Position numbers and translations under genes: made by a program. Shown piece after piece: positions 63,321 to 64,000 of a stretch of 64,000 nt of DNA (its first letter is position 1; each line of letters starts with the position of its first letter). The stretch is from Rhynchobatus australiae. Its lineage: Eukaryota. A model generated the notes under the pieces. It had not been told where the DNA came from. It ran no database searches and worked only from the letters and a program-made list of their open reading frames with translations. The stretch covers positions 26,732,507-26,796,506 of the forward strand of contig JAUZTB010000068.1 in NCBI GenBank assembly GCA_034780895.1, in the 5' to 3' direction.

Positions 63321-63866
63321 AAATGTGAGAGATGATAGTTGTGGTTGGTGCCAGCAATGTCTTGTCTGTAAATTTCAGATAAAAGGCTCTAGTACTCATT
63401 ATCTATTGTTATTGGATGTTTGCACTTGCAGCTTCTGTTACAACGATGACTGGTGTTCAAAAGCTGAACCCTATCTGTTCTGTAATCTCGGTCTTTAGTT
63501 ACCATGCGTGTTTTTTTGTGTTATGTTTTTTTCAAGTTGTTCTATCTTCCTAGTATCAGAAGAAATCACAATGCTTGTGCCAAGGGCACTGAGAGGCACT
63601 TCCTTTTGTGTGCTTTGGTTTTCAAAATCCAGTGTTCTTTTCTTAATAAACTACATATGTTAATAAAAGAGGATCAAAACTAAAAACTCAAGCAGCGCCA
63701 TATGCTCATACTCTCACGATAATGTAAGTTTATAACCAGTTCCCGTCTCTGTTCCAAAATAAAATGTCACCCTGCCATCTAATTGAGCCATGAAGTCAAA
63801 TACAGTCTTGTTTCTAAGACTTAATATCATGGGAAAATGGAGAGCATGTGTCATTCTGCTGCCTGT

Positions 63867-63938
63867 GAATACTCAGCTGATTCAGGCATGTATGGGTATA
63901 AATGGGAGATCACCTGAGAATACCAGATGTAGTAGGTT
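63867..63938 (+). pseudogene. Degenerate 5S rRNA 3'-half fragment (pseudogene or 5S-derived SINE head)
   Basis: 63902-63936 atgggagatcacctgagaataccagatgtagtagg matches vertebrate 5S ATGGGAGACCGCCTGGGAATACCGGGTGCTGTAGG at 28 of 35 positions, mostly by transitions. Confidence 0.6.
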
Positions 63939-64000
63939 GCTGGCTGGGGAAACAAATGATCCAATGAGCAGACCAAATTCAATAAGGATCTCAATAATAT

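Noticed and set aside
1-64000. CRISPR arrays, operons or other prokaryotic or viral systems
   Set aside because: No regularly spaced repeat-spacer array and no gene-dense segment. The window is vertebrate intronic and intergenic DNA.

Overview
Vertebrate genomic DNA, most likely a cartilaginous fish (shark or ray), inferred from the repeat families. It comes from a gapped draft assembly with many N runs. The only protein-coding gene I can support is the 3' part of R-spondin 1 (RSPO1) on the minus strand: the furin-like 2 exon (36820-36969), the TSP1 exon (35554-35742) and a probable short terminal exon (27424-27479). The signal-peptide and furin-like 1 exons were not found, so about 37-64 kb is probably one large RSPO1 intron and about 1-26 kb is downstream intergenic DNA. 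Most of the rest is decayed transposable elements: tRNA-derived V-SINEs, CR1-type, L1/Tx1-type, Rex1/Babar and CR1/L2-group LINE fragments, Penelope-like (PLE) fragments, three solo LTRs with clean target-site duplications, a DeuSINE-like remnant and a 5S rRNA-derived fragment. The most interesting unannotated signal is a dispersed family of about 10 PLE terminal-repeat copies carrying a minimal type I hammerhead ribozyme motif. These copies show helix II covariation, recurrent CpG decay of the dimerisation palindrome and a variant-core subfamily. There is also one unrelated hammerhead-like motif at about 1.45 kb and a CTCF site with its upstream module. Almost all entries in the supplied ORF track are spurious or repeat-derived. 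Repeat boundaries are approximate, and family names come from recalled consensus similarity, not from a database search.
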